A DNA stretch of 64,000 bases from Methanotrichaceae archaeon (GCA_963803145.1 CAWDLW010000015.1:96001-160000), one strand, 5' to 3'; positions 29,540 to 40,300 are shown, counted from the first letter of the stretch. A program made the numbers and translations. The notes: generated by a model from the sequence alone, not told the origin.

Positions 29540-31339
29540 CTACCGACATTGTATCTTGACCACATCATCCAGAGCCAGCAGGCCAATGAGTCTACTGGGT
29601 TCGTTCCGCTCTACAACTGGAAGCTGGCTGATATGATTTATAATCATTTTATTCATCGCATCAAATAGAGATTCGTCCGGATAAGTTACCACCAGTTTTG
29701 AGCTCATTATATCGCTCACTAATTCCTCCGGTCGGCTCTCATTGCTCACCCTCATCAAGTCCAGCTTGGCCACAATTCCAGCCAGTTTTCCATCATCGAC
29801 TACCGGAACTGCATGGACTTCATTACTTTTCATGATATCGGCCACTTCAGTTATCATCGCCCTAGAATTGATGATGGGCATATTGCTAGTCATAGCACTT
29901 TTTACATTCAGAGATTTTAGAAGCGTAACCGAGTAATCGTGCTGATGTGCAGGCGATTGTGCCCTGACACTTACCTGCTTCTCGTAGATGTAATTGTCCC
30001 CAGTGACGAAATAAGCTATTGAGCAGGCCAACATGCTTGGAATTAGAAGGGTGTAGTCCATGGTCATCTCGCTGACCATGAGGATAACTGCCAGAGGCAC
30101 TTTGGCGATACCCCCAAAAAGTGCCATCATGCCCACAATGACGAATGCTGAGGGTGAGCTGGGAATGATTGCTGGAGAATTATGAAGCAGATTCCATAAG
30201 ACGCCACCAGTCATTCCGCCGATCACAAGTCCAGGAGCAAAAACGCCGCCGCTGCCGCCAGAGCCTATGGTCAGACCTGTAGTCAAGATCTTTAATACTG
30301 CAATTGCCAGCATTACGGTCAGCGGCAGCGTTATGAAGTCGCCATTGATTGCGAACTGCAGCCAGCCATAACTGGTACCCTGCACTTGAGGCAGAAAAAT
30401 GCCTATTAAGCCGACCATGAATCCCCCAATTGCGGGCTTTATCCAATTGGGAATTTCGGCTCTTTTAAATAGGTCACGCAAATAATAGAAGCTTCGTCCA
30501 TATACTATTCCAACCAAGCCGCAAACTACGCCAAGGAGGGAGTAGGAAATGAGCTCAGACGATCTAGTGAATGGCGGAACGATGCCGCTGCCGAATACCG
30601 GTGCCCAGCCGTTCCAGAAAGCAAAGATACTGTAACCCACAACTGACGCTACAAAAGATGGCAGCAAAGCTTCATACTCGAAATCACGGCGGTAAAGGAC
30701 CTCCATGCTCAGAATGGCTCCACCCAGAGGAGCTTTAAAGATAGAGCCGATACCAGCGCCTATCCCTGCGGCCATGGCGATGCGCCGATCGGATGTAGAT
30801 AAATTGAATAGATCTGCGAGGGCTGAAGCCGCTCCAGCTGCTATCTGAGCAGTTGGGCCCTCTCTGCCGGCACTCCCGCCAGAACCGATAGTGATTGCAG
30901 AGGAGATGGCTTTGACGATTGGCACCCGGTGGCGGATGAAACCCTCTTTATTGTGAAAGGCATCTATTGCCGCGTCAGTTCCATGTCCTTCTGCCTCTGG
31001 TGCAAAGTTGTAAACTATAATCCCACTAAGAAGACCGCCAAATGCGGTGATAACCGGGAGCATCCAAGGCCTGGCGATGCCACTTACCAGAGTGACTCCT
31101 TCACCCGATGCCATAGGTGGAACGTACCCAGCCCCAAGCCCGAGCATGAGCCTGGTGGCCTCGGTTAATAGCCAGTAAAAGATTATAGAACCTAGCCCAG
31201 CTGCAATTCCAATGAGAAGGCTTAAGGTGATCCATTTTCTGGCGTAACCGACCGATGATAGGTCGCATAATTTTTTGATCTCTGATTTCGTGATCATATG
31301 TTGGTCAAACCAGTTATAACTCCCAGACGAGATAGCCAT
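29540..31339 (-). CDS. ClC chloride channel/antiporter with tandem CBS domains
   Basis: EAEGHGTD, GSGGSAGREGP, FKAPLGG, GGSGGVFAP, C-terminal CBS pair. Confidence 0.93.
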   Translation of the reverse strand: MAISSGSYNWFDQHMITKSEIKKLCDLSSVGYARKWITLSLLIGIAAGLGSIIFYWLLTEATRLMLGLGAGYVPPMASGEGVTLVSGIARPWMLPVITAFGGLLSGIIVYNFAPEAEGHGTDAAIDAFHNKEGFIRHRVPIVKAISSAITIGSGGSAGREGPTAQIAAGAASALADLFNLSTSDRRIAMAAGIGAGIGSIFKAPLGGAILSMEVLYRRDFEYEALLPSFVASVVGYSIFAFWNGWAPVFGSGIVPPFTRSSELISYSLLGVVCGLVGIVYGRSFYYLRDLFKRAEIPNWIKPAIGGFMVGLIGIFLPQVQGTSYGWLQFAINGDFITLPLTVMLAIAVLKILTTGLTIGSGGSGGVFAPGLVIGGMTGGVLWNLLHNSPAIIPSSPSAFVIVGMMALFGGIAKVPLAVILMVSEMTMDYTLLIPSMLACSIAYFVTGDNYIYEKQVSVRAQSPAHQHDYSVTLLKSLNVKSAMTSNMPIINSRAMITEVADIMKSNEVHAVPVVDDGKLAGIVAKLDLMRVSNESRPEELVSDIMSSKLVVTYPDESLFDAMNKMIINHISQLPVVERNEPSRLIGLLALDDVVKIQCR

Positions 31340-31628
31340 TCACAACATTTGATTTAAGCTATTCGTTTCTCCGTTAGTCTAGAACTTGAGCTATAATTTT
31401 TAATTTAAATAATCGATAATATAATCATGTGATACGAAATATGTCAAAGTTTGTTTTTAGCCCTACAAAGCCATTTGAAATTCTTAGTGATACACTAGAG
31501 GAGGGATTTGTATTATAAAGTCTCCAACCTTCACAGTCCACCATACATATAACTACAAACATGCCGTGCAACCTAGGCAGTTACAGCAAAGGATTATAAA
31601 ACTCATCGTATGTTCGTATATATGCATG

Positions 31629-31913
31629 TTATATAGGTTCATATTTATGCATCATCATATGCTCTTTGCACTCACTCTTAGTGGAGAAAAGTGCACGACA
31701 TATTGGACATCTAATCTTTTCTGCTTTTGCCGAAGTAATGTTCGCCTTGATTTTCTTTTCCATTTCATGTGAGAGTTCTTTCACGCCATGGGCTTCGGTA
31801 GCATGCAATTTTGCATGTGCCATAACTTCTGCCTCGGTCTTTGCGCGAACCTGGAAGATGCAATCTATGCAAATACGACCACAAATATATTCTTTATAAT
31901 CCTCTTGGGCCAT
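31629..31913 (-). CDS. DUF1059-like small metal-binding protein fused to a C2H2 zinc finger
   Basis: C..DC.FQVRAKTEAEVM.H..HA.EAHG, then CPICRALFSTKSECKEHMMMH. Confidence 0.75.
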   Translation of the reverse strand: MAQEDYKEYICGRICIDCIFQVRAKTEAEVMAHAKLHATEAHGVKELSHEMEKKIKANITSAKAEKIRCPICRALFSTKSECKEHMMMHKYEPI

Positions 31914-32073
31914 AGGTTTGTTTTCCACATATAGAGATAAAAGCATTACTAATGATCCATGTGCTTCACATTATTAGATTCTAGCGAACAGGTCGCTCTC
32001 TTGGCCGTTCTCCTTTTTGTATCAAGCCGTATTCATACTTTCCTAAAAACCTATCTAAATATTCTTTGGCCAT

Positions 32074-32105
32074 CTTACTAGAGCATAAGCTTACTAGAGC
32101 ATAAG
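32074..32105. repeat. Perfect 16-bp tandem duplication
   Basis: CTTACTAGAGCATAAG x2. Confidence 0.85.
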
Positions 32106-32895
32106 TTGTGTCTAATTATCTTCATGGCCTTGTCTATTATCTGTACCTCAGTAAAGCGGAATAGAGAATTAACGGCAAATTCTCGCTTCTATCGTTTAAC
32201 TTACGTGTTATCTGTGGGTCGTGGATGAGTGCCATTAAAAAACGCCTTTAAATTCAATATCTTGCACTTCAAAATCTCGAAATGCTCTGTTAAACCTTTT
32301 GCTAGCATTTTTCAGTGCTGTTCACCCAACGACCAATCTGTGCAATAGTAATCAATACAACTATCTCTGGTTCTAAAAACAGAAATCAAACATTATAGTA
32401 ATAATGGAATAAATGTATAATTGAGCGGGTTCCAAAATTGGATCGTGTGTGTAGATTACTGAAAAATTCTTACGAAAATCGGACGCATGAGTTCCATTTT
32501 GACAACAAGCATATATTGTGCCATAAGTTAGCGATTTTCAGCAACTCACTCACATACGCTATCCATTCATATATGCGGCAAAAAATAGTGATATATATCC
32601 TATCCTGGATATTGAAACCGCCATGTGTGGAATGATGAAATATTTATCCAAATGGTTGCGGAAGCAATCTGCTTAATATTATAATGTATAATTGCGATAA
32701 TTGCCGCCAAATTTAAATAGGTGTGAGGCATAGCTATGACCCGTTAATCCAATAATCATTTAAAGGTAATAGGCGCGAATAGGAGGGGTCTAAACAAAAG
32801 GTCGTCGTATTATTTGAAGAGGTTGTAGAGGATTATATTTATTTTATGTATTGAATAATGACTGATAGATCTTGATTTAACGGAGGGTTAAACGT

Positions 32896-34218
32896 ATGGC
32901 TGAAGCAAAAGAGGCAGGCGGCCGATGGGCACTAGTCGGCAGCGGCCTGATTATTATGCTCTGCTTGGGAGCTATCTACGCGTATAGTTTATTCTCTGGG
33001 GCTTTGAAGACGTATTATACAGATCCAATCTCCAAGGGCGGTCTGGGTGAGACGGTTTCGGCTCTAGATATGCAGCTACCTTTCATAGTATTTCTAGCAT
33101 TCTTTGCTATTACTATGCCACTAATGGGCAAATATATTGAGCAGTATGGTCCGAAAAAAGTATGCACCGTTGGCGGAGTCCTTGTAGGTCTGGGGTGGTT
33201 CCTTGCATCGTTTGCATCTTCGCCCATTATGCTCGACATATTATACGGCGTAATAGGTGGCATTGGTGTTGGAGTGGCCTATAACTGTCCCATCACAGTC
33301 TCAGGCAGATGGTTCCCCGACAGGCGCGGCCTTGCAGTTGGCCTCACAGTACTGGGCTTCGGTTTCTCTTCGGCTTTAATTGGGCCTATATCCCTGTATT
33401 TGAGGACAAGCTACGGAATACTAACCGCAATGAAGATATTCGGTATTGCGTTCTTAATCATTGTTGTAGTTTTAGCACAGCTGCTCAAATTCCCCGCTGC
33501 GGGATGGAAGCCTGCAGGATGGGCGCCGCCAGCCCCCAAGCCGGGCGCTGCAGTAGCATGTGATTTCTACAGAAAAGATATGATCAAGACACCAACCTGC
33601 TGGGGCCTATGGCTTTGCTATGTCATAGGTGCTTCAGCAGGACTCATGGCTATCGGAATTTCATCACAAGTCGGCACGCAGGTTCTAAAGGATGCAGGCG
33701 TAACTGGAGCAGCAGCTACTGCTACGATTACAGGTCTTGTTATTCCTTTCGCAGTAGCCAACGGCTTTGGAAGGCCGATCTTCGGTGCTATGGTTGATAA
33801 GTTTGGACCCAGGAACACAGCGTTTGTATCATTCGTTCTGATCTTCCTCGCCTCTATAATGATGGCTGGATACATTGGAACGCCAAGTGTAGCAATATAC
33901 ACCGTTGCCTTCATATTGCTCTGGGGATGCTTGGGCGGGTGGCTGGCAATTGCGCCATCCTGTACAGGTGCCTACTTCGGAATGAAGGACTATGCCTGTA
34001 ACTACGGATTTATCTTCACTGCCTACGGACTTGGAGCCATAATTGGAAACGTGATGTCCTCAAGGCTCTTCGATATAACTGGAAGCTGGTATGGAGCATT
34101 CCCAATTGTAGCAGTCATGGCAATAGTGGGAATCATCATCGCTTTCGTGCTGATGAAGCCTCCAGTGCCTATTGAAAAGCCTTCTGAGAAGACTGCAGGC
34201 AACAAAACAACAACCTAA
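32896..34218 (+). CDS. MFS transporter, oxalate/formate antiporter (OFA) family
   Basis: 12 TM; LGAIYAYSLF, GGIGVGVAY, RWFPDRRGLAVG, ANGFGRPIFG, NYGFIFTAYG. Confidence 0.9.
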   Translation: MAEAKEAGGRWALVGSGLIIMLCLGAIYAYSLFSGALKTYYTDPISKGGLGETVSALDMQLPFIVFLAFFAITMPLMGKYIEQYGPKKVCTVGGVLVGLGWFLASFASSPIMLDILYGVIGGIGVGVAYNCPITVSGRWFPDRRGLAVGLTVLGFGFSSALIGPISLYLRTSYGILTAMKIFGIAFLIIVVVLAQLLKFPAAGWKPAGWAPPAPKPGAAVACDFYRKDMIKTPTCWGLWLCYVIGASAGLMAIGISSQVGTQVLKDAGVTGAAATATITGLVIPFAVANGFGRPIFGAMVDKFGPRNTAFVSFVLIFLASIMMAGYIGTPSVAIYTVAFILLWGCLGGWLAIAPSCTGAYFGMKDYACNYGFIFTAYGLGAIIGNVMSSRLFDITGSWYGAFPIVAVMAIVGIIIAFVLMKPPVPIEKPSEKTAGNKTTT

Positions 34219-34248
34219 ATCTTTTTTTAATTTTTTCCTTTTTTAATT
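34219..34248 (+). terminator. Oligo-T terminator between convergent genes
   Basis: Three T runs immediately after the MFS stop codon. Confidence 0.55.
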
Positions 34249-34269
34249 AAGAACAGAACATTCAAAATT

Positions 34270-35691
34270 CTAACAAACCTGTGGAAGGTATTCTGTCAGC
34301 TTCGTCTGAGCAGCTACGCATTTCTCACCTGGTATCTCCAAAGGGTATATGCCTGTGAGGCAGCCCATGCAGAGATGATCTGCCGGTATGCCTATGGCCT
34401 TCACAAGGCCCTCGTGGCTCACGTACCCTAAAGAGTCGGCCTGGATCACAGCCTCGACTCCTGCTACCGTCTTATAGGCCGCTATTAACTCCTCGCGACT
34501 GGCCATATCTATGCCGAGATAGCATGGCGCGAGTATAGGCGGGCTGCCGATACGTACATGTACCGCCTCTGCACCAGCCTTCCTGACCATGTCCACAATC
34601 CTGCGGCTTGTTGTGCCTCGAACTATGCTGTCATCAACAAGGACCAGCTTATGGCCTTCAATATTAGGCCTGATAACATTCATCTTCAGACGCACTGCGG
34701 TCTCACGCATATTCTGGTCGGGCATGATGAAAGTCCTTCCGATATACCTGTTTTTCATCAGGCATTCGCGGTAGCTTATGCCGGAGCGCTGATGATAGCC
34801 TATAGCCAGCGTTATTCCAGAATCCGGTATAGGGGTAATTGTATCTGCATCAGCTGGATGCTCTTCTGCTAAAATAGCGCCTATATTCACCCTGACATCA
34901 TATATAAGATGGCCATCCATTATGCTATCGGGTCTTGCAAAGTAAATATACTCGAAGACGCAGTGTGCCGGGTTTGAATTATTAACAATTTGGTAGCATT
35001 TCATTTCTCCATGATGAAGGATCACAAGCTCGCCAGGCTTCACGTCACGGACCAATTTTCCATTCAGCGTATCTATTGCAACGCTCTCCGAGGCCACCAT
35101 AAATCCTGACTCAAGCTCGCCTATGCAGAGCGGCTTTATGCCAAGAGGGTCACGCACAGCCAGAACTGTTTCTCCAAACAAGAAGACTAGAGAATAAGAG
35201 CCTGTTATAGTGCGCATGACTGCTCTGATCGCATCTTGGATGTCGTGTCTAAGAAGCTCCTTCACAAAGAGATGGGCTATGACCTCTGTATCTGAGGTCG
35301 AATAAAATATATCTCCTGCCTGCTCTAGCTGCTCTCTGAGCAGGGCGGAGTTGACTAAATTGCCGTTATGTGCTACAGCTATGGCCCCTTCTTTATATTT
35401 GACAAGAAGAGGCTGGGTGTTCTCTATGCACGATCTGCCAGTGGTAGGATAACGTACATGGCCTATGCCCACAGAACCCCTTAGGAGGTTTATCTGGGCA
35501 TCATCAAAAACCTCAGAAACAAGCCCCATGCCCCTGTGGCTGCGTATCGATTTGCCGTCGTGGACAGATATGCCAGCAGCCTCCTGCCCACGATGCTGCA
35601 ATGCATAAAGTGAATAATATATCGATTTCGCCACGTTGTTGTCATCGGGATTTCGAAATGAAATCCCAACTATGCCACAGGCATCGTGCAA
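34270..35691 (-). CDS. purF: Amidophosphoribosyltransferase
   Basis: CGIVG, LQHRGQE, GHVRYPT, CVFEYIYFARPDS, VDDSIVRGTT. Confidence 0.97.
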   Translation of the reverse strand: MHDACGIVGISFRNPDDNNVAKSIYYSLYALQHRGQEAAGISVHDGKSIRSHRGMGLVSEVFDDAQINLLRGSVGIGHVRYPTTGRSCIENTQPLLVKYKEGAIAVAHNGNLVNSALLREQLEQAGDIFYSTSDTEVIAHLFVKELLRHDIQDAIRAVMRTITGSYSLVFLFGETVLAVRDPLGIKPLCIGELESGFMVASESVAIDTLNGKLVRDVKPGELVILHHGEMKCYQIVNNSNPAHCVFEYIYFARPDSIMDGHLIYDVRVNIGAILAEEHPADADTITPIPDSGITLAIGYHQRSGISYRECLMKNRYIGRTFIMPDQNMRETAVRLKMNVIRPNIEGHKLVLVDDSIVRGTTSRRIVDMVRKAGAEAVHVRIGSPPILAPCYLGIDMASREELIAAYKTVAGVEAVIQADSLGYVSHEGLVKAIGIPADHLCMGCLTGIYPLEIPGEKCVAAQTKLTEYLPQVC

Positions 35692-35701
35692 CTTCAGACA
35701 C

Positions 35702-35872
35702 CTAGTAGCCGGCTTTTCTCATCCACTTATAGCTTCTAAGCTTTGTAGTCTTTCCAAAGCCGCATTTTACGCATATCTTTCTTTTAAAGTTGTACGAGAT
35801 ACTGCCACAACGCCTGCATCTGACATGAGATCTCTTGTGGCGCCTGCCCATTGATGGAGTACCCTTTGTCAT
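35702..35872 (-). CDS. rpl37e: 50S ribosomal protein L37e
   Basis: Manual translation MTKGTPSMGRRHKRSHVRCRRCG...CVKCGFG...YKW; follows Lsm as is typical. Confidence 0.96.
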   Translation of the reverse strand: MTKGTPSMGRRHKRSHVRCRRCGSISYNFKRKICVKCGFGKTTKLRSYKWMRKAGY

Positions 35873-35883
35873 CTAGAAACACC

Positions 35884-36138
<255 letters not shown>

Positions 36139-36192
36139 TCAAAATTAGACTTGCACGTTGCGTATTTAAACCTATCGGGATACTTATTGATC

Positions 36193-36672
36193 ATGAGGAT
36201 AAAATCCAGGCACCATCTTAGAGGCAGCCAAGCTAAGAATATTGTTAGTGCATTATCGCCTTTTCTCGATGATGCATCTGTCCTTCAAAAGGCATCCTTT
36301 GAGCAGGCTGAATCCGATGAAGGCAAAAATCTAATTTTCGTGAACGGAAAGCCTCTGGTAATGCTCATAGACGGAAGGCCATTCTTTACAGTCCTTGGTG
36401 CAATTGAACTATCGCCTAAGAAAAAGCTGGTCATGGTAGACTCTGGTGCAGTGCAGTTCATAGTGAATGGGGCAGATGTAATGAGCCCTGGCATAGTTTA
36501 TGCCGATCCCGAGATAGCTGCAGGGGATCTTGTGGTAATACTGGAGGAGAAACATAAGAAACCTTTAGCTATAGGCAGAGCTCTGATACCAGGGAGCGAG
36601 ATGAGAGGGTCAGGCAAAGCAGTAAAATCACTGCATCATGTGGGAGATCAGGTCTGGAAGGGCCTTGAGTAA
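36193..36672 (+). CDS. PUA-domain RNA-binding protein (DUF1947/MCT-1-like)
   Basis: IKSRHHL, VDSGAVQFIVNGADVMSPGI, HHVGD. Confidence 0.9.
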   Translation: MRIKSRHHLRGSQAKNIVSALSPFLDDASVLQKASFEQAESDEGKNLIFVNGKPLVMLIDGRPFFTVLGAIELSPKKKLVMVDSGAVQFIVNGADVMSPGIVYADPEIAAGDLVVILEEKHKKPLAIGRALIPGSEMRGSGKAVKSLHHVGDQVWKGLE

Positions 36673-36721
36673 GCGCTTAACTAGGAAAACGATATTAACC
36701 ATTGAGCGGAGGGGTAGCAAT

Positions 36722-37606
36722 ATGTATGAAGATATAGGGCAGCTGATTGGGGAAGGATTCAGCACATGGAGGAATAATCTAAATCTATGTATACCTTTTT
36801 TGCTCAATGTTATATTCTCAGCCTTGGCAATAATTCCTTTGATAGCAGTAGTCATATTAACTTTAGGGATGACGAATATAGAATCTCTTTCCTATGAACA
36901 GCTTATCTCCAAGATAATGGATTCTCTGCCCAGCTTAATCTCGGCTTTTCTCGTGACCATTCTGTTGATCACTATTGTCAGCTCCTTCTTCGAGGCAGGG
37001 GCAATAGGCATGGCTAGACAGGCAGCAGAGACTGGAAAGGCCCAAGTTGGATCAATGTGGGTCTCGGGGAGGAAGAACTTGCGGAGCATGTTCCTCATGT
37101 CGATTCTAGCAGGCCTTATAACCATAGCAGGAGTTGTATTCCTTCTGCCAGGTATACTTACGCTGCCCCAGCCAATTACGCTGCAGAACTACTCCCCCGG
37201 GCCTCAGACAATCGGCTTGCTGGCCCTAGGGTTCATTCTTCTGATCATCTATGCCGTTATTTTATCTATAGTTCTGGCGATAGCGCCTTATGCTCTGGTG
37301 ATAGATAATCTTGGCCCAGTTGACGCGATCAAGGCTGGCATAAGTTTTTTCGCTTACAATAAATTCGATGTGTTCGTATTATGGATAGTGGTAGTAGCCA
37401 TATCCATCGGCCTAGAGACGATCGGAAGCTCAGTCTCCGTAGGCAGCAATACTACCGCCCAGCCCTTATCGCTCCTTACGGGGCTCGTGAATCTGCTAGT
37501 ATTGGCACCGCTTTCCACAGTATGGTGGACGAGGCTTTACATGAGCAGGACAGGAAAGATGCTATATAAGGAAGATGCGAGTGGTAACCTCTATGGAACC
37601 CGGTGA
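36722..37606 (+). CDS. Multi-pass membrane protein
   Basis: Hydrophobic 5-6 TM ORF; GGAGGGG RBS before ATG 36722. Confidence 0.8.
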   Translation: MYEDIGQLIGEGFSTWRNNLNLCIPFLLNVIFSALAIIPLIAVVILTLGMTNIESLSYEQLISKIMDSLPSLISAFLVTILLITIVSSFFEAGAIGMARQAAETGKAQVGSMWVSGRKNLRSMFLMSILAGLITIAGVVFLLPGILTLPQPITLQNYSPGPQTIGLLALGFILLIIYAVILSIVLAIAPYALVIDNLGPVDAIKAGISFFAYNKFDVFVLWIVVVAISIGLETIGSSVSVGSNTTAQPLSLLTGLVNLLVLAPLSTVWWTRLYMSRTGKMLYKEDASGNLYGTR

Positions 37607-37862
37607 TTTAATAATTCGCTTCAGGCAGCTTGTGCCATTCGAGCAGGCCGTTATGGTGGGAGTACTATTTCTCATAGTCTATGGCTCCTATTCCTACTTC
37701 ATTGCAGGCCAAGAGATCATGAAGGCATTCGAAACCTCACTTTATTCAGCCATACTTTTCATGTGCGTGTACTATTTCACAACTATCATAATGGTGCGAA
37801 AAAGTGCTGTTGATGCAACTAGAAGCAAGGCAAAAGGCCCTAAGGGCAGGCGTAAGTTTTAA
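37593..37862 (+). CDS. Small 2-TM membrane protein
   Basis: Overlaps previous stop; two TM segments, basic tail. Confidence 0.65.
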   Translation: MEPGDLIIRFRQLVPFEQAVMVGVLFLIVYGSYSYFIAGQEIMKAFETSLYSAILFMCVYYFTTIIMVRKSAVDATRSKAKGPKGRRKF

Positions 37863-37939
37863 AGATCCTGCCTTAATTTTTCCTGATTAAGGCCAAACTA
37901 TAAGTTTCTCTTTTCTCTATTCACTCATGAGGAAAGAAT

Positions 37940-38422
37940 ATGGATTTCAAAACCGTAAAGATGAACATTCCTGATGGCACGAATATAATCCTAGGCCAGA
38001 CCCATTTTATAAAGACTGCCGAGGATCTTTACGAGGCTATAGCGGGCACATCGTCCTCAGCGAAGTTTGGACTAGCATTTTCTGAGGCAAGCGGTGACTG
38101 CCTGATCAGATTGGAGGGCAATGATCCCGGCCTTGTCGAGGCTGCATCGCAGAATTCTCAAGCACTTGCGTGCGGCCATTCGTTTGTGGTACTTCTGAAG
38201 GGAGCTTTCCCAATAAACATACTTAATACAATCAAGAATGTGCAGGAGGTCTGCAGCATATTCTGCGCAACTGCAAACCCTGTTGAGGTCGTGGTGGCAG
38301 AGACCGATCAAGGCAGAGGCATCATGGGAGTGATCGATGGCTATCCGCCAAAGGGTGTTGAGGATGCTTCCAAGATGCAGGAGCGGCGCAATCTGCTTAG
38401 GAGGTTCGGCTATAAACTATGA
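37940..38422 (+). CDS. Adenosine-specific kinase family (DUF355)
   Basis: ILGQTHFIKT.EDL, AFSEASG, FPIN, IFCATANP, GVIDG, FGYK. Confidence 0.92.
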   Translation: MDFKTVKMNIPDGTNIILGQTHFIKTAEDLYEAIAGTSSSAKFGLAFSEASGDCLIRLEGNDPGLVEAASQNSQALACGHSFVVLLKGAFPINILNTIKNVQEVCSIFCATANPVEVVVAETDQGRGIMGVIDGYPPKGVEDASKMQERRNLLRRFGYKL

Positions 38423-39707
38423 TTTAGCCGTGAAAAACGGCCGAGTTTACGTAAGCGGTGGCCTGAAGACCATCGACATCTGGATCAAGGATGGGCTAAT
38501 ATCAGTACTCGGCGGCCCCCATAAAGCTGATGAGACCATCGATGCACATGGCATGATAATCCTTCCCGGCGCCGTGGATGCACACGTCCATTTCCGTGAT
38601 CCCGGGTACACATACAAGGAGGACTGGGAGAGCGGCACTACTTCCGCAGCTGCAGGAGGCGTGACTACTGTTGTAGATCAGCCTAACACAGATCCGAAGG
38701 TCGTCGATGCCAGATCATTCAATCTTAAGCTGGATGAAGCCAGACATAAATCCGTGGTTGATTTCTGTATAAATGGCGGACCTGGAAAAATCGATGAACT
38801 CTTGAAGGCTGGTGCGCTGGCCATAGGCGAAATATTCACTTATGAGCACAGTGATGATCAGCTCTGGAAGATATTGGACTCAGTGAATAAATCAGGAGCC
38901 CTTTCCACTATCCACGCGGAGGACGGAGAGGTAATAAGGAAATACACTGAACCTTTAAGAGATCTTAATGAGCCTGAGATCTACTCCAAAGCCAGGCCAC
39001 CAAGTGCGGAGGCAATTGCGATTGAGAAGGCGTTGTCTTGGGCTGTGAGAGCACATATCTGCCACATCAGCACAAACCAAGGTTTAGACCTCGTGAAATC
39101 TGCCAAAAAAGAGGGCAAAAAGACGAGTTGCGAGGTCACCCCTCATCATCTTTTATTCAATGTGAAGGATTACAAACACAAAGGCTCTTTCCTCAAGATG
39201 AACCCGCCGCTTAGAGGACAAGGAGATTGCGAGGCGCTCTGGGCAGGCTTGAGGGATGGTTCGATAGATATACTTGCCTCAGATCATGCGCCGCACCTTC
39301 CTGAGGAGAAAAAGGAGGACATTTGGGAGGCCCCAGCAGGAGTGCCGGGCGTCGAGACCATTCTACCACTCATGCTTATGGCAGTACGAAGAAACTTTCT
39401 GAGCCTGGAGCGCCTTGTGGATGCGATATCGTCTATGCCGTCCGAGATTTTCGGTCTCAGATCTAAAGGCAAAATTGAGGCTGGGAGAGATGCTGACCTG
39501 GTGATTGTTGATCCAAAGGCAATCACCGAGATCAGATCTGATAAGCTCCATAGCAGGGCTGACTGGACACCCTATGAAGGCAGAGAGGGAATATTTCCGC
39601 GAACGACCATTGTTCGCGGAGAAGTCGTCTTCGATGGAGAAGTAGAAGTGCATCCTGGATACGGCCGGTTCATTGATGCAAAAAGCTTTATCGGAACAGT
39701 GCATTAA
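38412..39707 (+). CDS. pyrC: Dihydroorotase (start uncertain: ATA 38412, ATG 38337 or GTG 38430)
   Basis: DAHVHFRDPG, AAAGGVTT, HAED, HICHIST, EVTPHHL, KMNPPLR, SDHAPH. Confidence 0.88.
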   Translation: MNYDLAVKNGRVYVSGGLKTIDIWIKDGLISVLGGPHKADETIDAHGMIILPGAVDAHVHFRDPGYTYKEDWESGTTSAAAGGVTTVVDQPNTDPKVVDARSFNLKLDEARHKSVVDFCINGGPGKIDELLKAGALAIGEIFTYEHSDDQLWKILDSVNKSGALSTIHAEDGEVIRKYTEPLRDLNEPEIYSKARPPSAEAIAIEKALSWAVRAHICHISTNQGLDLVKSAKKEGKKTSCEVTPHHLLFNVKDYKHKGSFLKMNPPLRGQGDCEALWAGLRDGSIDILASDHAPHLPEEKKEDIWEAPAGVPGVETILPLMLMAVRRNFLSLERLVDAISSMPSEIFGLRSKGKIEAGRDADLVIVDPKAITEIRSDKLHSRADWTPYEGREGIFPRTTIVRGEVVFDGEVEVHPGYGRFIDAKSFIGTVH

Positions 39708-39715
39708 TTTATTTT

Positions 39716-40174
39716 ATGACAGATCAGTCTACTAGTGCGAAAGATTTTGAAAGAGTGCTTGGAAAGGCAGCAGTCGAAGCTGCTAGAACGGCTAGCCAGG
39801 CAAGCCAAGCTGCAAAAAGAATTATAGGTGAGATGACGAGCGAAGCTGCGGAATCAAAGGGTTATGATACGCCTGCCATAGATCTCATGGAGACCAATGA
39901 TGAGATCATAGCCTTTATCGCTCTTCCTGGAGTTTCCAAGGATAGAATCGATCTGAGAACTACAGAGGATACCCTGTCTATAGACGCTAAGGCTATGCCC
40001 AGAGAAGGAAAATATCTGCGCAGGGATCTAAGTCCCAATGGATTCAAGAGAGAGATTAAACTGCCTGCAGAGATAAAGCCGGAGGCGGTCAAGGCTAGCT
40101 ACCAGAATGGTATATTAGAGGTACACCTTCCAAAGCTAGTAGTAGTAAATGCGCAGAGGGTTCAGGTTGAATAG
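39716..40174 (+). CDS. Hsp20/alpha-crystallin small heat-shock protein
   Basis: LPGVSK, FKREIKLP, ASYQNGILEVHLPK. Confidence 0.92.
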   Translation: MTDQSTSAKDFERVLGKAAVEAARTASQASQAAKRIIGEMTSEAAESKGYDTPAIDLMETNDEIIAFIALPGVSKDRIDLRTTEDTLSIDAKAMPREGKYLRRDLSPNGFKREIKLPAEIKPEAVKASYQNGILEVHLPKLVVVNAQRVQVE

Positions 40175-40200
40175 ACCTGAATCTATATATATTAAATTGC

Positions 40201-40244
40201 TAATGTCACAGCATCAAATGATGACACGGCATCAAATAATGACA
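40201..40244. repeat. Imperfect 18-bp tandem repeat (~2.5 copies)
   Basis: TAATGTCACAGCATCAAA / TGATGACACGGCATCAAA / TAATGACA. Confidence 0.6.
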
Positions 40245-40300
40245 GGAGCTTTCAATTAAAAATAAATTAAAAATTGTTTTATAAGTAAGAAATTAAAGCT

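Noticed and set aside
31340-31520. Fluoride riboswitch upstream of the ClC gene
   Set aside because: No crcB-motif consensus seen; the protein lacks ClC-F signature motifs
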